From Nitratidesulfovibrio vulgaris str. Hildenborough (GTDB lineage Bacteria > Desulfobacterota > Desulfovibrionia > Desulfovibrionales > Desulfovibrionaceae): a stretch of 32,000 nt of DNA. Below are positions 24,526-32,000 of the stretch, one piece after another. The position numbers and the translations under genes were made by a program. Under the pieces are notes generated by a model. The model worked only from the letters and a program-made list of their open reading frames with translations. It did no database searches and was not told the origin of the DNA. Location of the stretch: the NCBI RefSeq assembly GCF_000195755.1, contig NC_002937.3, positions 3,420,001 through 3,452,000 of the forward strand, written 5' to 3'. Numbering within the stretch: the first letter of the stretch is position 1; every line of letters starts with the position of its first letter.

Positions 24526-27045
24526 ATGGCCGTATCGCCAGATGGCCCCATGAGCCTTTACGGGCTTCTCGCGCCCCATCTGCCAGCACTGGTTCCGGCG
24601 GTCCTGCTGGCCTGCCTTTGCGTCTGCATCGTGCTCATCGCACGCTTGCGTCGGCAGGTCGGGGCGGCACGCCATGAGAACGACCTGCTCAAGGCCATGC
24701 GCATTGCCTCGCCTGTGCCGCTGTGCGTCAAGGACGTCCATGGCAGGTATCTCGGCTGCAACCATGCCTTCGAACTGCTCTTCGGCGTGCGCGAGGCCGA
24801 CATCCTCGGAGGCACGGCCGCCGGGGTGCTGCCCCAGCCCCTCGCTGCCGGCGAATCCGCAGCCGAAGAGAACATGGCCCGATTCGGCACCTCACGCCAG
24901 ACCTTCATGAGCGCCTATGAGTCACCGGGTGGCCCGGCCCTTGTCCTGCAAGTGGATTGCGCCACTTGGCGCGACGCCTCCGGCGTGCACAAGGGGCAGG
25001 TCAACGCCTACGCGGACATCACCCCCCTCAAACGGGCAGAGGCGGCCCTGCACGAAAGCGAAGCCCGCAACCGCATGCTGGTGGAAGAGGCGCCCATATC
25101 CATCATGAGCTTCGACGCGGCAGGACACATCACCTTCGTCAACAAGTGGCACCTGCGTGTCTTCTGCCGCCACAGGGTCGACGCGGGCTTCTTCATCGGA
25201 CGCAGGCTCGACGCCTTGCCCGGCCTTGCGCGCGCGGGACTGTGCGAAAGGGTCGCCCGTGTCCTGCATGGTGAAGAACTGGCCATCCGCGAAGTGTACT
25301 TCCCCGAATTCACGGGAGGGCATGACGGCTGGGCCAGCATCCGCGGGGTCCCGATACACCGCGACGGTCAGATCGTGGGCGGCATCCTCATCCGCGAAGA
25401 CATCACCGAACGCAAACGCATGGAGGAGGTTCTTCGCCAGCGCGAGGCGCTCGTCTCATCCATGCTGCGCAACCTGCCCATCGACTTCTGGGCGGCTGAC
25501 GGGGAAGGCAGGATGTTGATGCAGAGCGACGAGAGCGTCCGCGTGTGGGGGCACCTGCCCTCCGGCGTGGAACCTCTCACCGGTTCACCGCTCCAGTGGC
25601 GCAACTCCGACAGGTTCGAGCCCCGGGTCTTCGCGGGCGAGACGGTCGAGCGCGAGATCGACGTGGCGCTCCCCTCCGGGCAGATGCGCACCTTCAACGT
25701 CATCGCGGCCCCGGTGCGCTTGCAGGGCGGCATCACCGCCATGCTGCGGGTGAACCTCGACGTCACAGAACGCAAGCGCGTCCTCGCCGAACTGCGCACC
25801 GCCCGTGACGCCGCGGAGGCTGCCAACAAGGCCAAGTCCGAGTTCCTTGCCCACATGAGCCACGAACTGCGCACGCCCCTCAACGGCGTCATGGGCATGT
25901 TGCAGCTTCTCGACGAGCATGTCGCCGCACCGCAGGGCCGCGCATGGCTCGACGTGGCCCTTGAATCCAGTCGCGCGTTGTTGCGCATCCTCAGCGACAT
26001 TCTCGACTTGTCGCGCATCGAGGCGGGAAGGCTTGACCTCATGCAGGAGCCGTTCACCCCGGAATCCGTGCTTGCCCCGGTCTTGGTCTCGCTCCATCGC
26101 ACGGTCGAAGGCCGGGCAGTACGCATCGTGAACGAGATGGACGACTCCATGCCGCCGGTGCTCGTGGGCGACCCGGGTCGCATCAGGCAGGTGCTGCTCA
26201 ACCTGCTGGGCAACGCCGCCAAGTACACCGAACGCGGGGAAGTGCGGGTCGGGATGCGTGTCCTGCGCCGCAACGGCAAGGCGTTGCGGGTGCACCTGCA
26301 TGTCACCGATACGGGGGTGGGCATCGCCGATGAACAGTTGCAACGCGCTCTCGAACCCTTCGGCAGACTCCGTCAGGGTTCGGGTCTGCCTCGCGGGGTG
26401 GGACTGGGCCTGCCCATCGTGGTGCGCCTTGTGCGCCTCATGGGCGGGACGCTGTGCATCGCCTCCGAACAGGGCGTCGGCACCGAAGTGCACGTGACCC
26501 TGCCCCTTCTCGAGGCAGACGCCGGTGCGGTACCGGTGGCACCGGACGTGGACGAAGCCGGAGGCATATGCTCCTTCGCGGCCTTCCGCTGTGCGGGAGT
26601 GGTGCCCGAGGCGGACCGCCTTGCCCCCGGCGAAGCCCCTTCCCCGGCGGTGCGCCATGTCCTGCTTGTGGAGGACGACCCCGTCAACCTCATGGCCGCC
26701 AGACGGATGCTCGAAAGGCTGGAATGCAAGGTGACGACGGCGACGTGCGGGCAGGAGGCCCTGAACGCATTGCGCTCTTCCGTCTTCGATGCCGTGTTCA
26801 TGGACATCCAGATGCCCGACTTCGATGGCATAGAAGCCTTGCGCCGTATGCGGGCCAAGGGCAGCGGCGTGCTGCGCCCGCAGACGCCGGTGGTCGCCAT
26901 GACCGCCTTCGCCATGAAGGGCGACCGCGAGCGCTTCATGACCGAAGGCATGGCCGACTACGTGTCCAAGCCCGTGCTCATCTCCGCCCTCAAGGATGTG
27001 CTGGAGAGGCTTGCCGTCACGTCCCCCGGTACCTCCCGCACATAG
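24526..27045 (+). CDS. Membrane-anchored PAS-domain hybrid sensor histidine kinase / response regulator
   Basis: It has an N-terminal TM, repeated PAS-like segments, the H-box FLAHMSHELRTPLNG, an HATPase region (LLGNAAKYT, DTGVGI, GLGLPIV), and a C-terminal receiver (LLVEDDPVN, FMDIQMPDFDG, SKP). GGAGG lies 8 nt upstream of the ATG. Confidence 0.93.
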   Translation: MAVSPDGPMSLYGLLAPHLPALVPAVLLACLCVCIVLIARLRRQVGAARHENDLLKAMRIASPVPLCVKDVHGRYLGCNHAFELLFGVREADILGGTAAGVLPQPLAAGESAAEENMARFGTSRQTFMSAYESPGGPALVLQVDCATWRDASGVHKGQVNAYADITPLKRAEAALHESEARNRMLVEEAPISIMSFDAAGHITFVNKWHLRVFCRHRVDAGFFIGRRLDALPGLARAGLCERVARVLHGEELAIREVYFPEFTGGHDGWASIRGVPIHRDGQIVGGILIREDITERKRMEEVLRQREALVSSMLRNLPIDFWAADGEGRMLMQSDESVRVWGHLPSGVEPLTGSPLQWRNSDRFEPRVFAGETVEREIDVALPSGQMRTFNVIAAPVRLQGGITAMLRVNLDVTERKRVLAELRTARDAAEAANKAKSEFLAHMSHELRTPLNGVMGMLQLLDEHVAAPQGRAWLDVALESSRALLRILSDILDLSRIEAGRLDLMQEPFTPESVLAPVLVSLHRTVEGRAVRIVNEMDDSMPPVLVGDPGRIRQVLLNLLGNAAKYTERGEVRVGMRVLRRNGKALRVHLHVTDTGVGIADEQLQRALEPFGRLRQGSGLPRGVGLGLPIVVRLVRLMGGTLCIASEQGVGTEVHVTLPLLEADAGAVPVAPDVDEAGGICSFAAFRCAGVVPEADRLAPGEAPSPAVRHVLLVEDDPVNLMAARRMLERLECKVTTATCGQEALNALRSSVFDAVFMDIQMPDFDGIEALRRMRAKGSGVLRPQTPVVAMTAFAMKGDRERFMTEGMADYVSKPVLISALKDVLERLAVTSPGTSRT

Positions 27046-27229
27046 CCACCCCGACAGGCTGCGCCCCGGCACATCGGGGAGGCGGACGCCTGCGTCCGTG
27101 CACTCCATTGCTGCCACATCCCCCGGACGGCATGACGCGGGGCACCCCGACAGGCCAGGTGCATCATCTCCGCACACCCTCGCTGCCCTTTTCCGTCGCC
27201 CCCTGTCATCCGCAGCCCGGGCCATGCAG

Positions 27230-27257
27230 AAGGGGCCGCCCTTGCGGGCGGCCCCTT
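27230..27257. terminator. Perfect 12-bp GC hairpin between the convergent kinase and cydB; no U-tract on either strand
   Basis: AAGGGGCCGCCC-TTGC-GGGCGGCCCCTT. Confidence 0.5.
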
Positions 27258-27305
27258 GCAATCCGTCATACCGACCCGACACGTTTTCGCGCAGGTCGGG
27301 CATGT

Positions 27306-28331
27306 CTAGTAGGCGTTGTCCATCTTGAGGTCCTCGTCGGTCACCTTGTGGGAGAACACCGAGTACACCCAAGCCTGGTAGGCGATGACGATGGGCACGA
27401 AGATGGCGACCACGCCCAGCATGATCTTCAGCGTCAGTGGGCTCGAGGCCCCATTGTAGATGCTCACGTGTGCGGCGGGGTCCATGCTGGAGGGCAGCAG
27501 GTTGGGGAACATGCCCAGCACGCCGAAGAAGGTGACGGAGATGATGAACAGGGCGCTGAACACCCACGCCAGAACCACCGAGTCGGACGAGAGGAGGAAC
27601 CTGATGGTCAGCAGCGAGGCCACGGCCAGCACCGGGAAGATCATCAGCGGCGGGACCTTCGCGTAGTTGCTCCACAGCGTGGTGTAGGCGGCCGTCATGG
27701 CGAGGAACAGCACCGCAACACCCACCAGATAGGGCCACAGGGCCTTGGCGGTGCGTACGGCACGGGCGTGCAGGTCGCCTTGCGACTTGATGGCAAGCCA
27801 CAGTGCGCCATGCAGCGAGAACATCAGCACGAAGAACACGCCTCCGGCCAGCCCGTAGGGGTTCAGCAGCAGAAGCAGGTTGCCGTGGTAGACACCGTCC
27901 TTGTCGATGGGGATACCCATGAACAGGTTGGCGAAGGCCACACCGAACAGCAGGGCGGGCACGAAGTTGCCGAGGAACTGGAAGACGTCCCACAGCTTGC
28001 GCCAGCCGGGGCTGTCGACCTTGTTGCGGAATTCGAAGGAGACGGCGCGCATGATGAGCGCGAAGAGCAACATGAGCAGCGGAGCGTAGAGCGCGCTGAA
28101 CATCACGGCATAGGCCTTGGGGAACGCGGCGAAGGTCACACCGCCAGCGGTGATGAGCCACACTTCGTTACCGTCCCAGAAGGGCCCGGCGGAATTGTAG
28201 AGGGTGCGCCTCTCCACCTCGTTGCGGGTGACGAACGGAAGCAGGGTCCCCATGCCGAGGTCGAAACCGTCGAGCACGAAGTACACGGCCCACAGCAGAC
28301 CCCAAAGAACGAACCATATGGTCTCGAGCAT
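27306..28331 (-). CDS. cydB: Cytochrome bd-type quinol oxidase subunit II
   Basis: MLETIWFVLWGLLWAVYFVLDGFDLG is the conserved CydB N-terminus. The protein is 341 aa and polytopic. GAGAGG lies 9 nt upstream of the ATG. Confidence 0.95.
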   Translation of the reverse strand: MLETIWFVLWGLLWAVYFVLDGFDLGMGTLLPFVTRNEVERRTLYNSAGPFWDGNEVWLITAGGVTFAAFPKAYAVMFSALYAPLLMLLFALIMRAVSFEFRNKVDSPGWRKLWDVFQFLGNFVPALLFGVAFANLFMGIPIDKDGVYHGNLLLLLNPYGLAGGVFFVLMFSLHGALWLAIKSQGDLHARAVRTAKALWPYLVGVAVLFLAMTAAYTTLWSNYAKVPPLMIFPVLAVASLLTIRFLLSSDSVVLAWVFSALFIISVTFFGVLGMFPNLLPSSMDPAAHVSIYNGASSPLTLKIMLGVVAIFVPIVIAYQAWVYSVFSHKVTDEDLKMDNAY

Positions 28332-28376
28332 CGTTATGAACCTCTCGGTTGACGTTGGGCGACGCAGGTCATGCGC

Positions 28377-29678
28377 CTAAGCCTTGGGGCCCTTGATGGC
28401 GTATTTGCGCAGCAGGTAGATGTCGAGCACCCCGAGGAAGGTGTAGACCACCGTGAAGGCCAGCAACGACGTGGCTACAGAGGCGGCAGGCACGGGTGAG
28501 ACCGCGTCGGTGGTGCGCATCAGCCCATGGACGATCCATGGCTGGCGTCCCACTTCGGCCACCGTCCACCCGGCCATGATGGCGATGTACGGCAGGGGAA
28601 TGAGCCACGGCAGCACACGCAGCAGCCATGCCTTCTCTTCCGGACGCTTGCGCCACAGGTAGGCGAGACCCGCCACGATGGGAAAGAGCGTTCCGAGGCC
28701 CACCATGGCGCGGAAACTCAGGAAGGTGATGAGCACGGGCGGACGGTCTTCCTTGGGGAAGTCCTTGAGGCCCTTCACTTCGGCATCGGGGTCGTTGAAG
28801 GCGAGAACGCTGAGCAGCTTGGGAATGCCGATGGCCTGCACGAGGTTGCCCTCGTTCTTCTCGTCGGGCATGGCAAGCAGGTACATGGGAACGCCCTTGC
28901 CGGTCTCCCAGTGCGACTCCATGGCGGCGAGCTTGGCAGGCTGGATTTCGGCCACGGTGTTGCCATGACTATGCCCCTGCACGGCCACGAGGATGGCGAA
29001 GGCCAGCGTGAACGGGGCCGCGATGCGGAACGAGCGGCCGAAGAAGTCCATCTCGTTGCGGCGCAGCAGATGCCATGCCGAAACGCCCAGCACGAAGAAA
29101 CCGCCGAGCATCCACGACGCGAAGATGGTGTGGAAGTACTGCCCCCACGCGAAGGGGTTCGAGAGCACGGTGAGGAAGTTGTCGAGTTCAGCACGACCGT
29201 TGCGGATGACGTAGCCCACGGGGTTCTGCATCCAGCCGTTGGCGATGATGATCCACAACGCCGACATGTTGGAGGCGAACGCCACCGCACAGATGGCGAA
29301 GAGGTGCACCTTCTTGCTCACCTTGTCCCAGCCGAAGGCCCAGACTGCGAGGAAGGTCGATTCGAGGAAGAACGCCAGCGTCGCCTCTATGGCAAGCAAC
29401 GACCCGAAGATGTCGCCCACATATTCGGAGTAGCGCGACCAGTTCGTGCCGAACTGGAATTCGAGCGTGATGCCCGTGACCACCCCGAGGGCGAAGTTGA
29501 TGAGAAAGAGCTTGCCCCAGAATTTGGCCATGCGCTTGTACACTTCTTCGCCGGTACGCACGTACAGCGCTTCCATGACCGCAAGCAGCACAGAGAGGCC
29601 CAGCGTGAGCGGCACGAAGATGAAGTGGAAGAAGACGGCTACCGCGAATTGCAGCCGTGACAGCATGACGACGTCCAT
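28377..29678 (-). CDS. cydA: Cytochrome bd-type quinol oxidase subunit I (short Q-loop type)
   Basis: LSRLQFAVAVFFHFIFVPLTLGL, GWTVAEVGRQPW and the 433-aa length fit CydA. The cydB start lies 45 nt downstream of its stop. Confidence 0.95.
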   Translation of the reverse strand: MDVVMLSRLQFAVAVFFHFIFVPLTLGLSVLLAVMEALYVRTGEEVYKRMAKFWGKLFLINFALGVVTGITLEFQFGTNWSRYSEYVGDIFGSLLAIEATLAFFLESTFLAVWAFGWDKVSKKVHLFAICAVAFASNMSALWIIIANGWMQNPVGYVIRNGRAELDNFLTVLSNPFAWGQYFHTIFASWMLGGFFVLGVSAWHLLRRNEMDFFGRSFRIAAPFTLAFAILVAVQGHSHGNTVAEIQPAKLAAMESHWETGKGVPMYLLAMPDEKNEGNLVQAIGIPKLLSVLAFNDPDAEVKGLKDFPKEDRPPVLITFLSFRAMVGLGTLFPIVAGLAYLWRKRPEEKAWLLRVLPWLIPLPYIAIMAGWTVAEVGRQPWIVHGLMRTTDAVSPVPAASVATSLLAFTVVYTFLGVLDIYLLRKYAIKGPKA

Positions 29679-29860
29679 ACGCTCCCCCTTTGGCGGAATC
29701 CCGGCCGGGATGCCGTTGAGGTGTTACCGTGATACCTACAAGGAGCCCGGCCAGCCCGCCGTACGCTCCATAACAGCCAAAAGTAATGATTGCTGATAGC
29801 ATTTTCCTGCTAACATGCAAGTACTTTTCAGCCTTTTCATGACTCTACGTGAATAGACAG

Positions 29861-29869
29861 ACTATAGCA
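29861..29869 (-). promoter_or_regulatory. Candidate extended -10 element (TGCTATAGT) for cydAB
   Basis: The minus strand reads TGCTATAGT inside the only AT-rich block upstream of cydA. No good -35 is present. An alternative TTGCAT-N16-TATCAG exists about 40 nt closer to cydA. Confidence 0.25.
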
Positions 29870-30125
29870 CAGAAGCGTCAGCGTTGGCAGTAAGAAACTG
29901 TCACGACTGGGAAAGGTGCCCGGTCCGGATGACGGCGACTCGGGTGGCGCCATGCTGCACGTCTGGCATGTTCCCTCTTTGGACGCCGCCGACGTGCGGT
30001 TGTGCTTCGCGCAGGACGACAGGGCACCAGACATGGTGCCATACACTGCGAGGCAGGTGTTTGCCGGACGCCTGGCAGGACGCCTGCCGAGCACATGGCG
30101 GGCATACGTCTGGGAATGCATCTGC

Positions 30126-30175
30126 GACGAGAAACAAGGAAGGGGCGGAGGGGGTGTCGCAACCCTCTCCGCCCC
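30126..30175 (-). terminator. Rho-independent terminator of the TPR-containing operon
   Basis: The minus strand reads GGGGCGGAGAGGG-TTGCGACA-CCCCCTCCGCCCC (13-bp stem with one mismatch) followed by TTCCTTGTTTCTC. Confidence 0.75.
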
Positions 30176-30228
30176 GTTACGGCACTGTGCACGGCACTAC
30201 GTGCATTCTTCAGGCGCAGCGATGTGCC

Positions 30229-30852
30229 CTAGCGATGGGCTTCGAGCTCCTTCAGGAACTCGGGGCGCACCTCGAAGCCGTTCTCCATGGCGAGGTCGGC
30301 GAACTTCACGGACTTGGCGAAGTCGCCAAGCTCGAAGTAGGCGAGGGCGAGGTTGTTGTAGGCCGGGCCGAAGGAGGGCTCCTTCTTGATGGCCTCGTTG
30401 CTGATGTTGATGCAGGCCTCGTAGTCGCCCTCCATGTAGAAGGCCGCGCCCATGGTGGCCATGGCCTGAATGAAGTCGGGCTGCCACTTGAGGGCCTTCT
30501 TGAGGGCCGCGATGGCCTTCTCGGGTTCACCGCGCTGCAGGTGCACGAAGCCGATGTTGCTCCACGCCACGGGGAACTTGGGACGCGACTGCGCGGCCTC
30601 TTCGTTGTAGCGCAGGCAGCCTTCGAGGTCGCCACGCTGGAGGCAGATGCCGCCAAGCTGCACATAGGCCTCGGCAAGGCGGGGTGAGTTGCGCACGGCG
30701 TTGAGGAACGACTCCTCGGCAGCCACGAAATCGCGCTTCGAAAGCAGGGCGAGACCGAGGTTGTAGTGGTGGTTCGCGCAGTTTTCGCTCTGGGCTATCT
30801 CGGCCCGCAGGTCGGCAATGTATTCGTCGAGGTCTTCATATCTGGCCTTCAT
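30229..30852 (-). CDS. Tetratricopeptide-repeat (TPR) protein, 207 aa
   Basis: It contains about five consecutive TPR units (for example HYNLGLALLSKRDFVAAEESFLNAVRNSPRLAEAY). AAGGAGG lies 9 nt before the ATG at 30852. The longer track ORF (to 30963) would read through the upstream gene. Confidence 0.85.
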   Translation of the reverse strand: MKARYEDLDEYIADLRAEIAQSENCANHHYNLGLALLSKRDFVAAEESFLNAVRNSPRLAEAYVQLGGICLQRGDLEGCLRYNEEAAQSRPKFPVAWSNIGFVHLQRGEPEKAIAALKKALKWQPDFIQAMATMGAAFYMEGDYEACINISNEAIKKEPSFGPAYNNLALAYFELGDFAKSVKFADLAMENGFEVRPEFLKELEAHR

Positions 30853-31228
30853 CGACGTGGCCCTCCTTGAGCAGAAGCTTGTAGTACCAGATGCAGAAAT
30901 CAAAGATTCCGCGGTACTTCTCGTCCTTGTTGATGATGCCGAGAGCGCTTTCGAGCGCACCACGGCCGTATTCGTTGGAGTAGTCCTTGACCTTGGAGCT
31001 TTGCAGAAATTCGCGGACGAGTTGCTGTGTCGTGCGCTTGGTCACGTCCTGCCGCAGTTCCATCGGGTCGTTGGGCTTCTGGAAGGGGTCCCAGTTTTCG
31101 TAGCCGATGCGGTCGATGAACTTGCGGCGGCGGGGGGCCATCTTCTCGTAGATGGCGCGCTTCTGCTCCTCCTCTTCGGGAGTGAGCACGCGCGGTGTAC
31201 CGTCTCTGTAGATGGAGGCGGATATCAT
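30836..31228 (-). CDS. Hypothetical protein, 130 aa, unknown function
   Basis: GAGGGA lies 6 nt upstream. The ATG shares one base with the upstream TGA, and the 3' end overlaps the TPR gene start by 17 nt. The composition is protein-like, charged and aromatic-rich (GYENWDPFQKPNDPMELR, FDFCIWYYKLLLKEG). Confidence 0.75.
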   Translation of the reverse strand: MISASIYRDGTPRVLTPEEEEQKRAIYEKMAPRRRKFIDRIGYENWDPFQKPNDPMELRQDVTKRTTQQLVREFLQSSKVKDYSNEYGRGALESALGIINKDEKYRGIFDFCIWYYKLLLKEGHVDEGQI

Positions 31229-31896
31229 CAGTCGTCCCTCTTCGGCTTGCCGATGCCGAGGTAGGCGTCGTCGTAGCGGGTGAGAAGCGCCATGGAAACG
31301 GGCACATAGACCTGATGCAGTTCGCTGAAGCGGCTGCCCACGGCCACGGCTATCTCCTTGCTCAGGGCCGCGAGGCGGTCCTGAATCCTGTCCACGGCCA
31401 CGGTGGGGTACTTCTCGCCAGCGCGGAAGGCCGTCTTGCCACAGGTGTGGCCCTTGCCCCCGATGGCGGTGGGAATGCCGTACAGGCGGCAGGTGATGGG
31501 CCGGTGCGCATACAGCACACAGGCGTCGCCCTCGCCAAGCAGCGGACAGCGGACGCGCTCACGGGCGGCCTCGGCGAGGATGTCCTCTGCCGGGCGGCCG
31601 TCTTCCGATTCGCGGTACATGCGACGCTTGATGCGGTAGGCGTGCCTGTCGGCGTCGCTCGCGCGTTCGAGCACAGCGGAGCGCTCGGGGCCGAAGTCGA
31701 AGGAAGCCGCGAACTTGCCGTTCAGATACATGGCCTCGACAAGGCTCAGGTCGAACATGGCATGGCAGCAGTCGCTACAGCCGAGACCGCAGGTCACGCA
31801 GTCGGGGTGCAGCGCACGGACGCGCTCGAACAGGGCGTCTGTCTCTGCCACGAGAGCCTCGTATTGTGCGAAGATGGCCGAAAGGTCGATGTTCAT
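31228..31896 (-). CDS. YkgJ/UPF0153-family cysteine-cluster (putative Zn/Fe-chelating) protein
   Basis: The CxxCxxxCxxCC signature (CVTCGLGCSDCCH) and a second Cys group (RCPLL...ACVLYAHRPITCRLYG, HTCG) are typical of the PF03692-type family. Confidence 0.8.
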   Translation of the reverse strand: MNIDLSAIFAQYEALVAETDALFERVRALHPDCVTCGLGCSDCCHAMFDLSLVEAMYLNGKFAASFDFGPERSAVLERASDADRHAYRIKRRMYRESEDGRPAEDILAEAARERVRCPLLGEGDACVLYAHRPITCRLYGIPTAIGGKGHTCGKTAFRAGEKYPTVAVDRIQDRLAALSKEIAVAVGSRFSELHQVYVPVSMALLTRYDDAYLGIGKPKRDD

Positions 31897-32000
31897 TGCG
31901 GTAGTTGCGCTCCTTGGGATGCGGCGCGGGCGTCGGCAGACGCCGACCGGAGGTCGGCCTCGCTGCCATCGGCCATGCGCCGGAACGTGCGACGGGGTGG
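31893..32000 (-). CDS. Possible 3' end of a further upstream operon gene (partial, 35 codons visible)
   Basis: The frame is open from the window edge and ends in a TGA that overlaps the YkgJ-like ATG (ATGA). Only 35 codons are visible, with about 71% G/C-ending codons, so no product can be named. Confidence 0.3.
   Translation of the reverse strand, partial: PPRRTFRRMADGSEADLRSASADARAASQGAQLPQ

Noticed and set aside
27046-27305. cydX/cydS-type small subunit gene downstream of cydB or between cydA and cydB
   Set aside because: No short hydrophobic ORF with an RBS is present. The cydA-cydB gap is only 45 nt, and the only downstream minus-strand ORF (26958..27269) is Arg/Gly/Cys-rich and not membrane-like.
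25585-28161. 858-aa minus-strand ORF spanning the histidine kinase, the intergenic spacer and cydB
   Set aside because: It runs antisense to the kinase and out of frame through cydB. The product is Arg/His/Gly/Pro-rich, and both overlapped genes have strong signatures. It is open only because stop codons are rare in high-GC DNA.
26454-28352. 632-aa plus-strand ORF overlapping the kinase 3' end and antisense to cydB
   Set aside because: Same reasoning as above: the composition is not protein-like (runs of R, G, H, E), and it conflicts with two well-supported genes.

Overview
This is a high-GC (about 65%) chromosomal window, and most of it is ordinary housekeeping and respiratory genes. The gene content and order fit a Desulfovibrio vulgaris-type sulfate reducer. 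That assignment comes from my memory of the gene order, not from a search. Left to right:
- the 3' part of an AcrB-family RND pump, a DUF3313 lipoprotein and tRNA-Phe(GAA)
- a hypothetical protein and an HPP-family membrane protein
- a PaaK-like adenylate-forming ligase overlapping a secreted ChaN-like/PDZ protein
- an orphan HicB-like/RHH protein and mutM (with a 92-aa insertion)
- comEC/rec2, murA and tRNA-His(GTG)
- a ~740-bp stretch with no credible gene
- xthA and a 64-aa ORF
- frdCAB and a two-subunit class I fumarase
- a family-3 solute-binding protein, a small membrane hypothetical and a TIGR00300-like protein
- a PAS hybrid histidine kinase and cydAB (cytochrome bd)
- a tightly overlapping operon of unknown function (YkgJ-type Cys-cluster protein, a 130-aa protein and a TPR protein)

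I saw no CRISPR array, IS element, integrase, phage genes or recognisable defence system. I cannot point to a clearly novel system. The two best leads are the empty structured gap after tRNA-His and the unknown-function operon upstream of cydAB. Most long antisense or alternate-frame ORFs in the track are GC-driven shadow ORFs. All homology calls rest on motif recognition by eye, with no BLAST or HMM run.
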